A stretch of DNA of 64,000 nucleotides from the NCBI GenBank assembly GCA_905178155.1, contig CAJINV010000011.1, positions 2,867,783 to 2,931,782 of the forward strand, in the 5' to 3' direction. Of the stretch, positions 12,301 to 23,164 are shown one piece after another; the first letter of the stretch is position 1; each line of letters begins with the position of its first letter. A program made the position numbers and the translations under genes. The notes under the pieces were generated by a model, which saw only the letters and a list, made by a program, of their open reading frames with translations, did not search any database and had not been told where the DNA came from. The stretch comes from Amoebophrya sp. A120 (Eukaryota; Protista; Dinoflagellata).

Positions 12301-14196
12301 GATCTCGGCGATCTCGAGCGCTCCCGCTTCAGCGAACTGGCGGACCGCTTCACGTACTCCCGTTCCCACTGCATGATCTTTTCCTGCATCTGCTCCACCT
12401 TCCGACACTGCGTGTCGAAAATTCGCTTGTTCAAAAGCGCGTTTTGCACCCGCAAGCGGTGCTTTTTCGCGTCGGGTAAAAACTGTTTCAGCGACTCGGT
12501 CGATTGGTTCTTCGCCATGAAGTCGCATCAAGAGCAAATATGTCTGGGTCTGGAAGAATGCATGTTTGTCATGCTTGGCTGGCATGATTCTCAAATCTGT
12601 CACGCACGTTACCCAAGAGCCCGATTTGTCTGTCATGCAGAGCCGCAGTTTGTCATGCAGAATAGGCAACACCTAGAAGGTGCTCAGAAACTTGTCATGC
12701 TGAGCCAGCACTCGTGGCCTCCTCAGGATACGCCACTCAGCATCACAAGTTTCCAGACCCAGACATATTTGCAATGCATAAGTCGTGTTGGTGAGTGATC
12801 TTCCAGGGTAAAGGGGACAGCTTATTCAGCTTTAACGGCGGGAGGTCGATAAAATTGTTGTTTCGCGACGAGCTACTGTTCGAGTGGCTACTGCCTGCTC
12901 CGAAGAAAGAGGAAAAGTCGTTGCTGGGGTCGAACTTCGTGCTGGAGGTCCTGGAAAGCGTGCGCCGCGGGGAATCACCGGCGGAGTTTAGAAGGGTTGG
13001 GTAAGAGGAGGTGCTGGTCATACCTGTGGAGGATTTCGTGATGTGCTTCGGCGTGTATTCAAAATTTCTGATTCTACAGAACAGAACGATATACAGTCTG
13101 GCACTTCTATATATCCGTTGTGGGGCGCGGCATGGATGGTACTATTCAAAAATTTGCACCGAAGAAACTTTAACTTTTCTCAAAAACTCTGTACGCGTCA
13201 CTCCAAACCCGCTTTTCTTGTTCCCCGAGCCGCCACTCGGCGTGGAGGAAGATTTGTTGCTTTTCACTTTTCCGATCGGCGTATTGGGCATATTGTCCTT
13301 CTGCGTTCCCCTTCTTTCCATTCCCGTATAATTACCGCCGTTCTTGGGCCGAAAGCCCCCGCCGGTGCTGTTTGCCGAGCCGGGCTTGGTCAATTTCCCG
13401 CTGTTTGTGAAGCTCGCGTGCGTCGTCAGCGTCTGCCGGATCCGCTTCGCGAGCCGCTCCGGTATCGGATTCTCAGACGTTACATTCTCATCTGTTACAT
13501 GATTTGTCATGCAAAACGACCATAAGCCGCCACACGATCAAGGTGCTTCGCATGACAAATTCTCGAAGGGCTAAACACCAACTGAATCTGCTTCAAATTT
13601 GTAATGCGAAGCGCGCAATCTTCCCGCGTTCACTTTTGCTGTTCTTGCATCACAAATCCATGTAACAGTTGAGAATGTAACAGTTGAAAACACCATATCC
13701 GGCTCGTTTTCCTTCGGAATCCCGTTGGCGACCTGCTCCAAAATTTTCGTTTTGGACGGCGAGCTGCCGTTCCGGTTGCTGTTCATAACGTATGCATTGC
13801 AAAAGTAACGTACTAGTTCTAGTATGAATTGCATTACAAATTAGCCCAGCATTGGAAATGGAATTTGTAATGCTGTTTTACCTTGAGAACGAGATCTGTA
13901 TTGCATAAATGCAATTACTACGAGTACGATACTTTTGCACAGGATATAACGAGCGTGGCGTCGATCCCGAGTTCGGACTCCGGACAATTGTACTTGGCCA
14001 CGTAGGGGTTGTGCAGCGGCGACCCGGGCGGGCTCCACTGCGCGTTGAAGGTCAGCTGCGCACGGGCCTTCGGGGAGCCCACCGGCGCCACCGCGGTTGT
14101 GGAGGTCACACTCCATTCGGACTGCTCGTTCCGGTTGCCGCCGAGGTGGAGCAGCAGGCCGGGGCGCTCGCGGCCCCGCCACGAGGTACTAGTCAT
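9383..14196 (-). CDS. Multi-exon IQ-motif/coiled-coil hypothetical protein (5' start uncertain)
   Basis: ORF fragments join in frame across five TIR elements and GT-AG introns 9989-10158, 10321-10441, 11133-11371 and 11830-11975. One junction near 13060-13185 is unresolved. IQ-like motif AMIKIQRFWRR. Confidence 0.6.
10083..10126. repeat. 22-bp tandem duplication inside an intron
   Basis: aggatctttctctttgaacaa(t/c) twice in tandem. Confidence 0.85.
11453..11628. mobile_element. Introner element, family G (degenerate ends)
   Basis: TIR CACAGAAAAAAGCAG / CTGCTTTTTTCTGTG; 6-bp direct repeat agcatt; removal joins MALRV-MLRKKRR. Confidence 0.8.
12133..12284. mobile_element. Introner element, family A
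   Basis: tatcctgtgcaaaagtatcgta...tacgatacttttgcagttcata; TSD accgc x2; removal joins MKGGG-GASASP. Confidence 0.92.
12526..12780. mobile_element. Introner element, family B
   Basis: TIR CAAATATGTCTGGGTCTGGAA / TTCCAGACCCAGACATATTTG; TSD agtcg x2; removal joins THQHD-FMAKNQ. Confidence 0.92.
13463..13697. mobile_element. Introner element, family H
   Basis: TAT...ATA ends; TIR containing GTTACATTCTCA-CTGTTACATG; TSD tccgg x2; removal joins ENEP-ERLAKR. Confidence 0.88.
13791..13946. mobile_element. Introner element, family A, inverted relative to the copies at 4335, 5278 and 12133
   Basis: Plus strand begins tatgcattgcaaaag and ends ttttgcacaggata; TSD taacg x2; removal joins DATLV-MNSNRN. 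Confidence 0.92.
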
Positions 14197-14687
14197 GAGG
14201 CTGGAGTGCGGGGTGGTGCAGGAGAGGTACTCATGGTGTTGTCGTGGGGAAACCGGACCTTCTGTGGCGCTTCTAACGAACCTGCTCTTCTACTGATGCA
14301 CTAGCTTGTTGTCCGGGCAAAAATACTGCTGGACGCGCTGAACCATCACTCCGCGCAGCATTGCGCAGCACTCTGACCACGATGGCAAAAATGCTCCTGA
14401 TGTGCTGTGGTCCTGCTCTCTAGAACTGCACGCTTTCATCTAGAATAGGCATTCGGTGGTGCAGCAGAAAACCTGCTCCTCTCAAACCAGCTCCGTGATG
14501 TTATCTGATCGGAGTTGACAAATTAAACACTCCACAGCGTAAAAATGCTGGCTCCGGTGACTGGCTGTCTTGTACTTGAATGACTTTCCTTCGTGCTTTT
14601 AGAAAGAGAAACCTTTTTTACATTATAAGCTTAGATAGATAGTATGCACTTCTTGCTGTACAAGGTGCTCGTATTGTTCATTCTCAT

Positions 14688-15713
14688 TCATCGGTAGATT
14701 TTCATACAAGTTTTGAACAGGTCTTCCAAGTCGTATTTTCGGCATTCTGCCGCGAGCAGGTTCATTTCGTCAGGGCCAAACTCGTGAAACAGGCCCAGGG
14801 GTAATTTTCGCAAGCTGTTGATCGTTCCTGTCGCTAAACACTCGTCATCTGCCTCGACAATCTCCTCCCCGCGCACTGCGAAGTATTTCCACCGGAGTCG
14901 CTGAATTGCATTCACATACGCGTCGCACGCGTCCTCCTCGCCCTCAATTAGGACCACCCCAGGGTACCCGATTTTGCTGAAGCCGGAAAGGTTCAGCTGT
15001 CTCGCGCACTCGATAATGGCCCGTCTCTTTCCCGGCGCGCGAATGTGGTGCGAGTACATCAGCCGCCGCCCCAGCTTTTTCGCTTTCGTGATGGTCTGTC
15101 CGGTGCTGGTTACCTCCGTGTTGCCAAAAAAGTTGTCAAAAACTACAGAACTGCTGTCAGCATCGTCATCATCGAAGTCTGTCGCTGCTTCCACTTGCCG
15201 CAACTGCTCCTGGTCGTGCAATAAATCTGTGGCGTGCTGCGCTATCTCCAGTAGCATCTCCACCGGCTCGTCGCGGGACGCGCTTTGCTCATAGACGAAC
15301 GCTTGGAGCGCAGCGTCCAAGACGTCCTTTTGGGCCACTATGGTGCCCGGGCTCGACGCTTTGTCTCGACTTCTTTCTCCATGGTCGAGCCACACCAAGG
15401 GAACGGCATCCGGGTCGAGAAGGTAACGGACTGGCAGCAAGGCGCGCAAGGTCGTTGTGTCGTTGAGACGAAGCTTCACGTCGGGAAGTTCTTTTAGAAC
15501 GGGCGTGAATTCAGAAGTTCTTGCGGTAGATGAATGCTCAGGCGCCTGTCGGCTGCGTGCGGCGCTAGAAGGGTCGCTAGTCGTGGTGCTGATTCGGCGT
15601 AATTCCGATAGGGCATCGCTGTCCGTGGAAAAGTCGAGCCCATAGATGCTCTGCAAAGCGTCAAACTCGTCGACGACGCGACGAACAGCTTCGAGGATTG
15701 CAGGAGGATGCAT
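14688..15713 (-). CDS. RWDD2: RWD domain-containing protein 2 family (RWD + DUF1115), intronless
   Basis: N-terminal DEFDALQSIY (RWD helix); C-terminal RRLMYSHHI...LSGFSKIGYPGVVLIEG...IQRLRWK, typical of the RWDD2/DUF1115 domain. Confidence 0.85.
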   Translation of the reverse strand: MHPPAILEAVRRVVDEFDALQSIYGLDFSTDSDALSELRRISTTTSDPSSAARSRQAPEHSSTARTSEFTPVLKELPDVKLRLNDTTTLRALLPVRYLLDPDAVPLVWLDHGERSRDKASSPGTIVAQKDVLDAALQAFVYEQSASRDEPVEMLLEIAQHATDLLHDQEQLRQVEAATDFDDDDADSSSVVFDNFFGNTEVTSTGQTITKAKKLGRRLMYSHHIRAPGKRRAIIECARQLNLSGFSKIGYPGVVLIEGEEDACDAYVNAIQRLRWKYFAVRGEEIVEADDECLATGTINSLRKLPLGLFHEFGPDEMNLLAAECRKYDLEDLFKTCMKIYR

Positions 15714-15879
15714 TTTGCGGGGGGAGTCGTGATTAAGAGGCGCTGCCCCACCGCAGCTCTTTCGTCATTGATATTGTTCGACTTCTACTATGAGCTTGCG
15801 TCTAGCGCAGTGCATTGCTTAAGCAACAAGTATAGGTTTGATTTGTCATAGATTATGATTGTCTTTTTTGTTCGAGTTG

Positions 15880-17860
15880 CGTGCAAGAAGGCTGAACACT
15901 GAACGGGCCGCGAAACCAATGCGGAGGCCCTTCGCCTCTGCATCAGCGTCGAAGCTGCCTGAAAGCCTGCACGCATTTTCCTACAGATATTTCGCTTCTT
16001 CTTTTGACGTACGTGGAGCAACGGCGATAGCCACCCGAAGGTGCTTTGTGCCTGCTGCGCACCACAGGCAATGCCTGTTGAAAGATGGCATGGTGAGCAA
16101 GCCCACCACCAACCGCAGGCGCATCGGCAAACAATGCATGCCCACCAACCGAGGCGGGCGCGCAGGTTGCAAAGGCTGCCTGGCCAACACAATCACTGCG
16201 CCGGGCGCCAAACGAGTCGCGCAATGAGTGTTTGCTTGGGCCGGGCAGCTGCAGGGGGTGCGCCCGCGCGGCCTGGCGGTGGCTGGCATTCCGACCGCGC
16301 GGCCTGGAGCATCCTCTCCCGCCCTGCGTGCCCGCTCCGCATGTAGTGGATTTCGCCGGCTTCGAAGCGCTTCGTCTCGGCGTGCCCGAATGCGCCATGC
16401 TTGGGGGCGCCCGTGCCCCCACACCGGGGACGCCCATCACAGAAGGGCAAGAATCGCCGACAGTGGGCCTAGCCTCAGCGCTGGACCTTCATCCCGGGGC
16501 GCCCGGGCGCCGGGGGAAGCCGGCGCGCCAAGTCGCTGCCGCCGCGCGCGGGGATTCCCCCCGCGTCCGTGGTGTGGTGCTTCGCGCCTTTTGCGCGGCC
16601 TGCCCCCCGATTTCCCGACGGCCGAGGCTCTGCTCGGTGCATGCCCAGGCCGTTCCGGCGCGAGTGCGCTCGATGGCGCCTCCGGGCCCCAGCGCTTTCA
16701 TTGGCCTTGTTCCCTTTCCGGTGTCCGTCTGCAGTCTCACTCTCACTCCTGCTGCACAACCAGCCTGGCTGTGGCTATTTTCCGAACCTCGGGCGGCCCT
16801 CGGCCCAGACGATAGAGGCCCAAGCTGAACGCGCCAGCAGGCCGGGCCGGGTCGTTACATACCGGCACGCAAAGCCACTGCGGGTTGCCGACTCAGCCCA
16901 GAATGAAACCGCGGCGACACGCGCGCAACCAGCTTGCCGCGCGCGAGAAAGGGGCCGACTCGGGAGGGCCCCAGGGGTTTGCTTCGTGAGGGTCCTGCGG
17001 GTTGAAAAATGACAAAAAGGGTGGACAAAAAGCGGGGGCCTCGCGCAACAAGGTGGGCAAAAAGGGCGGACGGTAAAGATTAAACGGGCCGCGGCGGGCG
17101 GTGAAAATTACGCGAACCGTCCGAACCAGGCGGGCGGCGCGGCCCCGGCGCGCGTGCGGGCCGGGCTGGGCTACGTGACGGCGTGGCGCCCAGCTTGATG
17201 CCGCGGCGCTTGCTGCTGCGCTTGCCGCCTGAAATAACTCACCCGGATGCGCGCCTGGCTGCCGCCGACGCTCAGCGCCTGCGACTTGCACCGGGCTGCC
17301 CCCTGCAAGCCGCCGAAGGAGGGGCCTGCTGGCGGCTGGAGCCTGTGGTTGAAAATTACCGCCCGAGACAAATCGGCCACCGCGCCTTCCCCGCCCCATC
17401 GCAGCCGCTTCCGCGGCAAAGGCGGGCCAACGTTCTGCCCCGGACCGCGGGCAGAAGGTGGGCGCCGTGGTCCGGCAGCAATGAAAAGACGGCCGCCGCC
17501 CCGGTTTTGGCGTGGCCGGGGCCCAATGCGCCCCACCGCCGCTTCTGCCTTTGCAGACAAAGGCCGCAACCAAACACCAGCGCCCTGCCTTGTAGGCCTC
17601 CACTGCGCAGCCCTGGCGCGCCATCAGTCCCGGCGCTGTCGCTCTTGGCCCGCTCTGCGCCGGGCTCTCGCGCTCCTCCACAGTGGTGAGAGGCAAACTC
17701 AGACAGCCCGGAGGCTTCAGCCCAGAGGCTTGCAAGCCACCCGCGACGAGACAGGCCGGCATCGAGTGCACGCAGACGAAGTCCACGCCCATTATAATAA
17801 TCCGGCCGCCGCCCATAGTTAGCCACAGCCGGGCCGGGCGGAGCGAGCCCGGCACTTCCT
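15880..17860. other. GC-rich ~2 kb intergenic block, possibly a degenerate repeat or insert (boundaries approximate)
   Basis: Abrupt shift to very GC-rich sequence between RWDD2 and eIF3L; overlapping ORFs in all frames have no protein-like character. Confidence 0.4.
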
Positions 17861-18488
17861 ACCTGTGAATGCGAACAACAAACAAAGCTGCTTGCGCCCT
17901 CCTCGCTGAAGATCCTTTTGAAATTTTTTTTCGGCAAGAACACGTAGAAGATAAATACAACCTCGTCTTGCAGAAGAACGCGCAAACCATCGCCTGCGCT
18001 AGTACAGGTGAGGTACTTATTCATCCTTTTCCGTAAATTCTTCTTTAGTTTGCATTGCCATCTGCGTGTAATGTCCAGTGTGATGAATTGCCCCAACATG
18101 ATTTTTCTGTTGCTCTTTGTGTGGAGCCTGTGTCGTCATTCATTTTCTTGCAACCAAAAAAAAGCGATAGCCTTAGCCACCATGGGTGAAATAAATGTGT
18201 AAGCAATAGATTCGTGAAAAGCGTTTTTTATTACATTCTGCTATGAATGTGAATGTCAATGTCAACACGACTGTGTAACTGATTCCAAGCGTCAACATCT
18301 GCAGCAAACATTGTCATCTCTCTCCCACTACGCATGATCTTCGAACCAGCCTCAATCACTAGGACGGAAGACGGAGCGCAGCGGAACGATGATGTGCAGC
18401 TGGTGGAAGCTCAACAACAGACGCCGGTAGTAGACAATTGTCGTTTCTCCTCTTGTCCCCGACTCGTTCCACTGAGACCGTTCCCACC

Positions 18489-21400
18489 TTACGCGCCCGC
18501 GACCACCGCGGCGGCGATCTTGTCCAGCAGGTGGATTTCGCGAATGTAGGTGCTCGAGAAGTCTTTCTGTTGCTTCTGGATGCTGATTTGCACTTCGCCG
18601 TCCTTCACGGAAAAGTTCACGTCGGTGCACACCTTCGGGAGACCGGGGAGGAGAGACGGTCCGCCAGCGTCGCCTGATAACAAGCAATGGTTTAGGATTT
18701 AGGAAAGCCGAAAGATCCAGATTGAAATTTCCGAGCTGTCTGGTAGTTGCTGAAGTGGAAAAACATAGCAAATTGGCAAAAGAAGTTTCTCGTATAATAT
18801 CATACTTGTGTCCATGACGATCTGGAGGTTTTTTGACTCGACGAAGGCGAGGCGTTCCTTGCACTCTTCTTCGTCCCGGAAGTTGCAGAGGCTGGTTAAT
18901 TTGGCGAGGGAGATTTTACTGTACATGCGCAGGACGTTCCTCACCCACGGGACGTACCTCTGGCTCATCATCCGCCCCCAGAAGAGCTCCCACTGTCGCT
19001 TGTGGCCCTCCATGGAGTCCTGGCTACCCGTGAGGTCCTCGTCCAGAATGGTGACAAATCGCGGCTGAATCGCGTTGAAAAACTCGACTAATTTCGCCAT
19101 CCACGGCTTCGTGTTCATATCGGTTTCCTGTATGAATTTTTGGGGTTTAGTTATAGGAGGGCAGTTTGCTGCTTTAGCTTTGGAAGATAACTGTACTTTT
19201 GACACCGACATACAGATCGATATGATCTGTGCCGACATGACTCCTGTAGGCAGTGGAAAGTGCAGCTGGTGGACCAACGCAAGGGAGAACAAGAGACTGA
19301 AGGCTTCTTTCCCTTGCTCTCTCAAGAATGCATGTTACATTTTAGCATTAGCAAGACATCGGTTCAACATTAACATCAATTTCATGTCTCCAAAAGATAC
19401 CGGTCCCGCGACGTCTTTGCTGCCCCAGGTTTTCAGAACCTTAATGTCGTCCGCGTACTTGTCCGCGCACCAGTTGGCGACGTTTTCTTCCGGGATGCAC
19501 TGGTACCCGTCCGGGGAGAACACCTGACAGAGGACGAACAACCTGACCATGCGGTCCTGCTGTTTCATCAGCTGTCCGGCGTACTGTTCCTGCAACGGCG
19601 GGAACCGCTGCAACTTCTGGATGAAGTGAAGGGTCTGTTTTGGTCGGGTTTGGTTTCGATTGGACATTCATTTGTATTTATCGCCAGGCTACTTCACAAC
19701 TACATGCACTCTGGGTCTGGTATCTTGCCATACTCATTTCTCAACGGTGCATTGAAAGAACTGAAGAAACAGCATGAGAAATTCGTATTCGTAAACACAG
19801 CCATACAATTTCTATTTTTACCTTGGACACCACGGAGAGGCAGTCGCTGTAGCGTTCGGACATGAAGAGAGAGAAGGCGACAAAGTAGCAAAAAGACACG
19901 TGCGCGGCGGGGCAGCGGTAGTAGAGCGCGTTTTCCCAGCCGAAGTCGAGCTCACCCACACGCTTCAGCGCAACGTCGTATTCACCAAGCATCAAGTGGT
20001 AACGAACCTGCTGGATCTTCGCGAAGTAACCTGTGGCAATTCCAATTTTTGTGTTTATGCATTAGAAATGTTTTTCGGAAGCGAAACCAGCATTACAACA
20101 AATTCCACTTGTCACGCGGAGCAAAGCCAAAGTTGTATATGCAAAAACCTAAATACCTAAGAATTTGGCTTGCTCGGAGATCCCGCTGACGTCTCCCTCG
20201 TCGATGCCCTTTTCGATGCGGATAATGGCGTCGATGTTGCTGCCCATTACTAATCGCTTCAAGGTGTAGAACACTTCGCCGGAGTCGAAGACGTTTTTCT
20301 GCTCCTTTACAATGTCGAAGTCCATCAAGGTTTGCCGATTCACCGGCACGGAGGCCTGGCTCGGGTCCTGCTCCAACTGCTTTTGTAATTTCGCCCGCTG
20401 CTGGGTGACCTTGGCCTTGAAGAAGCAGTAGGTGGTGTAGTGGTACAGAAATTCGTCCAGCATCTCCCACAACCAGCAGACGGGGATCACCTGTAATAAC
20501 CCGGTGGGCGGCTGCTGTCCGTCGGAAATAGCCTGCAGGTCCTTGCCAACCCGGTCGAAAATGTCTTGGTAGTTGTTCCACGCGTCCACGCGATCCATAG
20601 CGGTCACATGCTTGTCCAATCTGGTAGATAGTTTTTAGATTCCATTTGTCATCTACGTACTGGCGAACATTCCTGCATCCAGAAATATTTCCCGCGTTGG
20701 GTTTTTTGAACTAGGAAGTATCCTCGAGCTCGAGACTCTAATATGCATGAGAAACAAATTCATAGTAAAGTCAAAGAAAGTTACCTTGAGAACAAGTGTC
20801 GGTAGTAAAGTTCCTTGTAGAGAAGGTGCACGTTGTGGTTGTCAGAAAGGCAGGCGCGGGCATCCTCCAGAGACGGCCACTTCTGGTTTTTACCTGTGAT
20901 GGAAGTAGATGTTGTCGCTTGCGGTCATCCATTTTTATGTTCTTACGCAAGTAGTACTACTCCCAGCATCAAAATATGCAACTACACAACAAGCACAGCA
21001 GGACAAAATGTTGTTGTTGACTCCAAGAAAAATCATCATAGTACCGTGCTTCTGTCGAAAGATTCCCTCGGAGAGTTTTGGGTATTCCTTTACGAAAATA
21101 TCCTCCACGGTGTCTGCTCTTGACTCCTGAACCGCCTGTGCAAAATCCTCGAGGAAGTTTCTAACCGTAATTGGCACGTCACCGTCTCCCTCACCCATCA
21201 TCATATCATCCTGCCCGCCGCGACCGCCTTGTCCGCCTAGGTTTGGGAAAAGAATTGAGTACTTTACTAGATAATTTTCGCAAAATTGAGTGGTAATACA
21301 CGAATGCAAAACAGCTTCATCCATATTGCACTCGTCTCTTTCATCTGATCCTGATGCTGTTGATGTAATTGTAAATCTTGGCACTATAAAATTTATGGTC

Positions 21401-22020
21401 AATACGTCCCCACTGTCCGCCCCTCTGGTTATTTCTTCTGTTGTCCCCGCCTCGGCTTTTGTTTTGAATTTTCTATGAACTGCAAAAGTATCGTACTCGT
21501 ATAAATGCATGACAAATTCTCTCAGCATGAGAAATAAAATTTGTCATGCTGATTTACCTTACGAAAAATATTTGTAATGCAAGACCTGCATTTATACGAG
21601 TACGATACTTTTGCACAGGATATTTTCTGAAAGCCACCCATATCCTGCCCCATGTGCGCCTTGGAGGCCAGGTATCAAAAGGAAAAATCCCCCCTCCCCA
21701 TATCGTCTGAAAATTTGTGATGCGGATTTGTGACCTCAAATCCTGTCTGTCTTGCAAGAAGGCAAATCCAGAAAGCGTTCCGCATTTTTCAGGCGGTTTG
21801 TGATGCTGTTTGCCTCAGAGCATACACGTTTGTCATGCTAGGCGCCTACGTCAAACCTCTCGGCTGAGGCTTGACATATGCCTGCATTCCTCTACTGCAA
21901 GACAAATCTGATTTGTGTATGGAAATCCAGCATCAGAAACTTCGTTTCGATATGGGGAGGGGGCATTTTTCCTCATGATACCAAGTAGGCCTGCATCATT
22001 GCCTCTTGACTGTTGTCCAT
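18489..22020 (-). CDS. eIF3L: Eukaryotic translation initiation factor 3 subunit L (PAF67 family), multi-exon
   Basis: Motifs FYKELYYRHLF, WLWEMLDEFLY, LGYFAKIQQVRYHLMLGEY and LRMYSKISLAKL. N-terminus MDNSQEAMMQAYLASK... is rebuilt across two introners and a GT-AG intron. Confidence 0.92.
21474..21622. mobile_element. Introner element, family A, inverted orientation
   Basis: tatgaactgcaaaagtatcgtac...gtacgatacttttgcacaggata; TSD ttttc x2; removal joins GGFQK-IQNKSRGG. Confidence 0.92.
21673..21980. mobile_element. Introner element, family E
   Basis: TIR TATCAaaAGGAAAAATcCCCCTCCCCATATCG / CGATATGGGGAGGGGGcATTTTTCCTcaTGATA; TSD ccagg/ccaag; removal joins MQAY-LASKAH. Confidence 0.9.
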
Positions 22021-23164
22021 TTTGGAATAAACTGATGTTTCTTTGAAATAGGGTGTAATTGTACGTTTAGAAAGTTAAAAACATGAAACGTTAACGTGGT
22101 GGGAAATCAATAAAGTGCTCCTTCTTCGAAAAAAGAGAAACACAAAGCATATAGTGGTGAAACGGAAGATGATGTATTTCACTATGTGCACAGTGCAATG
22201 AAAATCCTACTTCTAGCTCGGTTCGAACCCTGCTATACGAAAAATTGATGGAAATTTGTATTTTGTGAGAATGAAGATTGACAAATTTTTGAGAGCGAAA
22301 AGGAAGCCACATAGCAGGTCGGTCGAAATTAGTGGGCGGAAAAAGATCTTCGCAGCAATGAGGAAGAGTTCCAGAACGATCTTTCAAGATCGCGACTCAA
22401 GCCACGAAGTGGCCTTTTGCAGCGTGATGGATCTCGTCTTTTTGGGTGTACTACTTGATCTTCCAAAGAGTGGTGCAAAGCCAGTGTCACAGGCACTCTA
22501 TGCAGGTGATCCATCGTCAAGCACAAAAATTAAAATTCAGGGCGATCTTTTTGCTTTGCGAGCTTTCTGTAGTTGGTTCGTCTTCGTGCTAAAAAAAATT
22601 GAGAATAACACACATCATCTGGCAATAGAACGTTTCTTCATTTTGCACTGGTGTCCTCGCATCAAGCAAGCAGCTTGCAGATTTACATTAGGGGTCTGCA
22701 GACCACGGTGGAAACCAGTCGACAAGAGACGTCAACTCACTTTGGTACATTGTCATTGAAATCGAATTCGCTGCAAGCGTCTCACTAATTTACACAGGAG
22801 CTATAGCTGCAAGGGTGCTGGGGCTCTTTGTAGTTTTTACGTGGTGGCAAAAACTTCTAGCTGTAGCTGCTTCTAGTATTACGGTCTCCGTACTACATTT
22901 CGCGTCTAAATATGAATCGACAGTTACAAGACCTCCTTACCCTTAGTAAGAATAGGATCTTTTTTAGGACTCGACTGACGCTTGTGCTTGATAGATAAAT
23001 AGAAAAGGAAAACGATGTTCCTGAGCCTTAAATTGTACAAGGAAGAACTACTGCTCCTGGCAGGGTGTTTTTCAGGAACTAGGTCGTCTAGGTGTAGGTA
23101 CATTCTGAGTTGGGTTTTGGTATTCACATGATTAATAAACACATCAAGAAATATTTCCACTTCC

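Noticed and set aside
13056-13185. Possible old introner bounded by AGAAA repeats (would join EFLR-NFEYTP)
   Set aside because: No TIR or TAT...ATA ends; the junction is plausible but unsupported.
15943-18099. Long overlapping ORFs in GC-rich blocks (also 30263-32476 and 36619-38070)
   Set aside because: Expected from the low stop frequency in GC-rich DNA; Arg/Gly/Pro/Ala-rich with no motifs and open in many frames.
22210-22240. ggttcgaaccc as a tRNA T-arm or B box
   Set aside because: No acceptor stem, D-arm or anticodon arm could be built around it.
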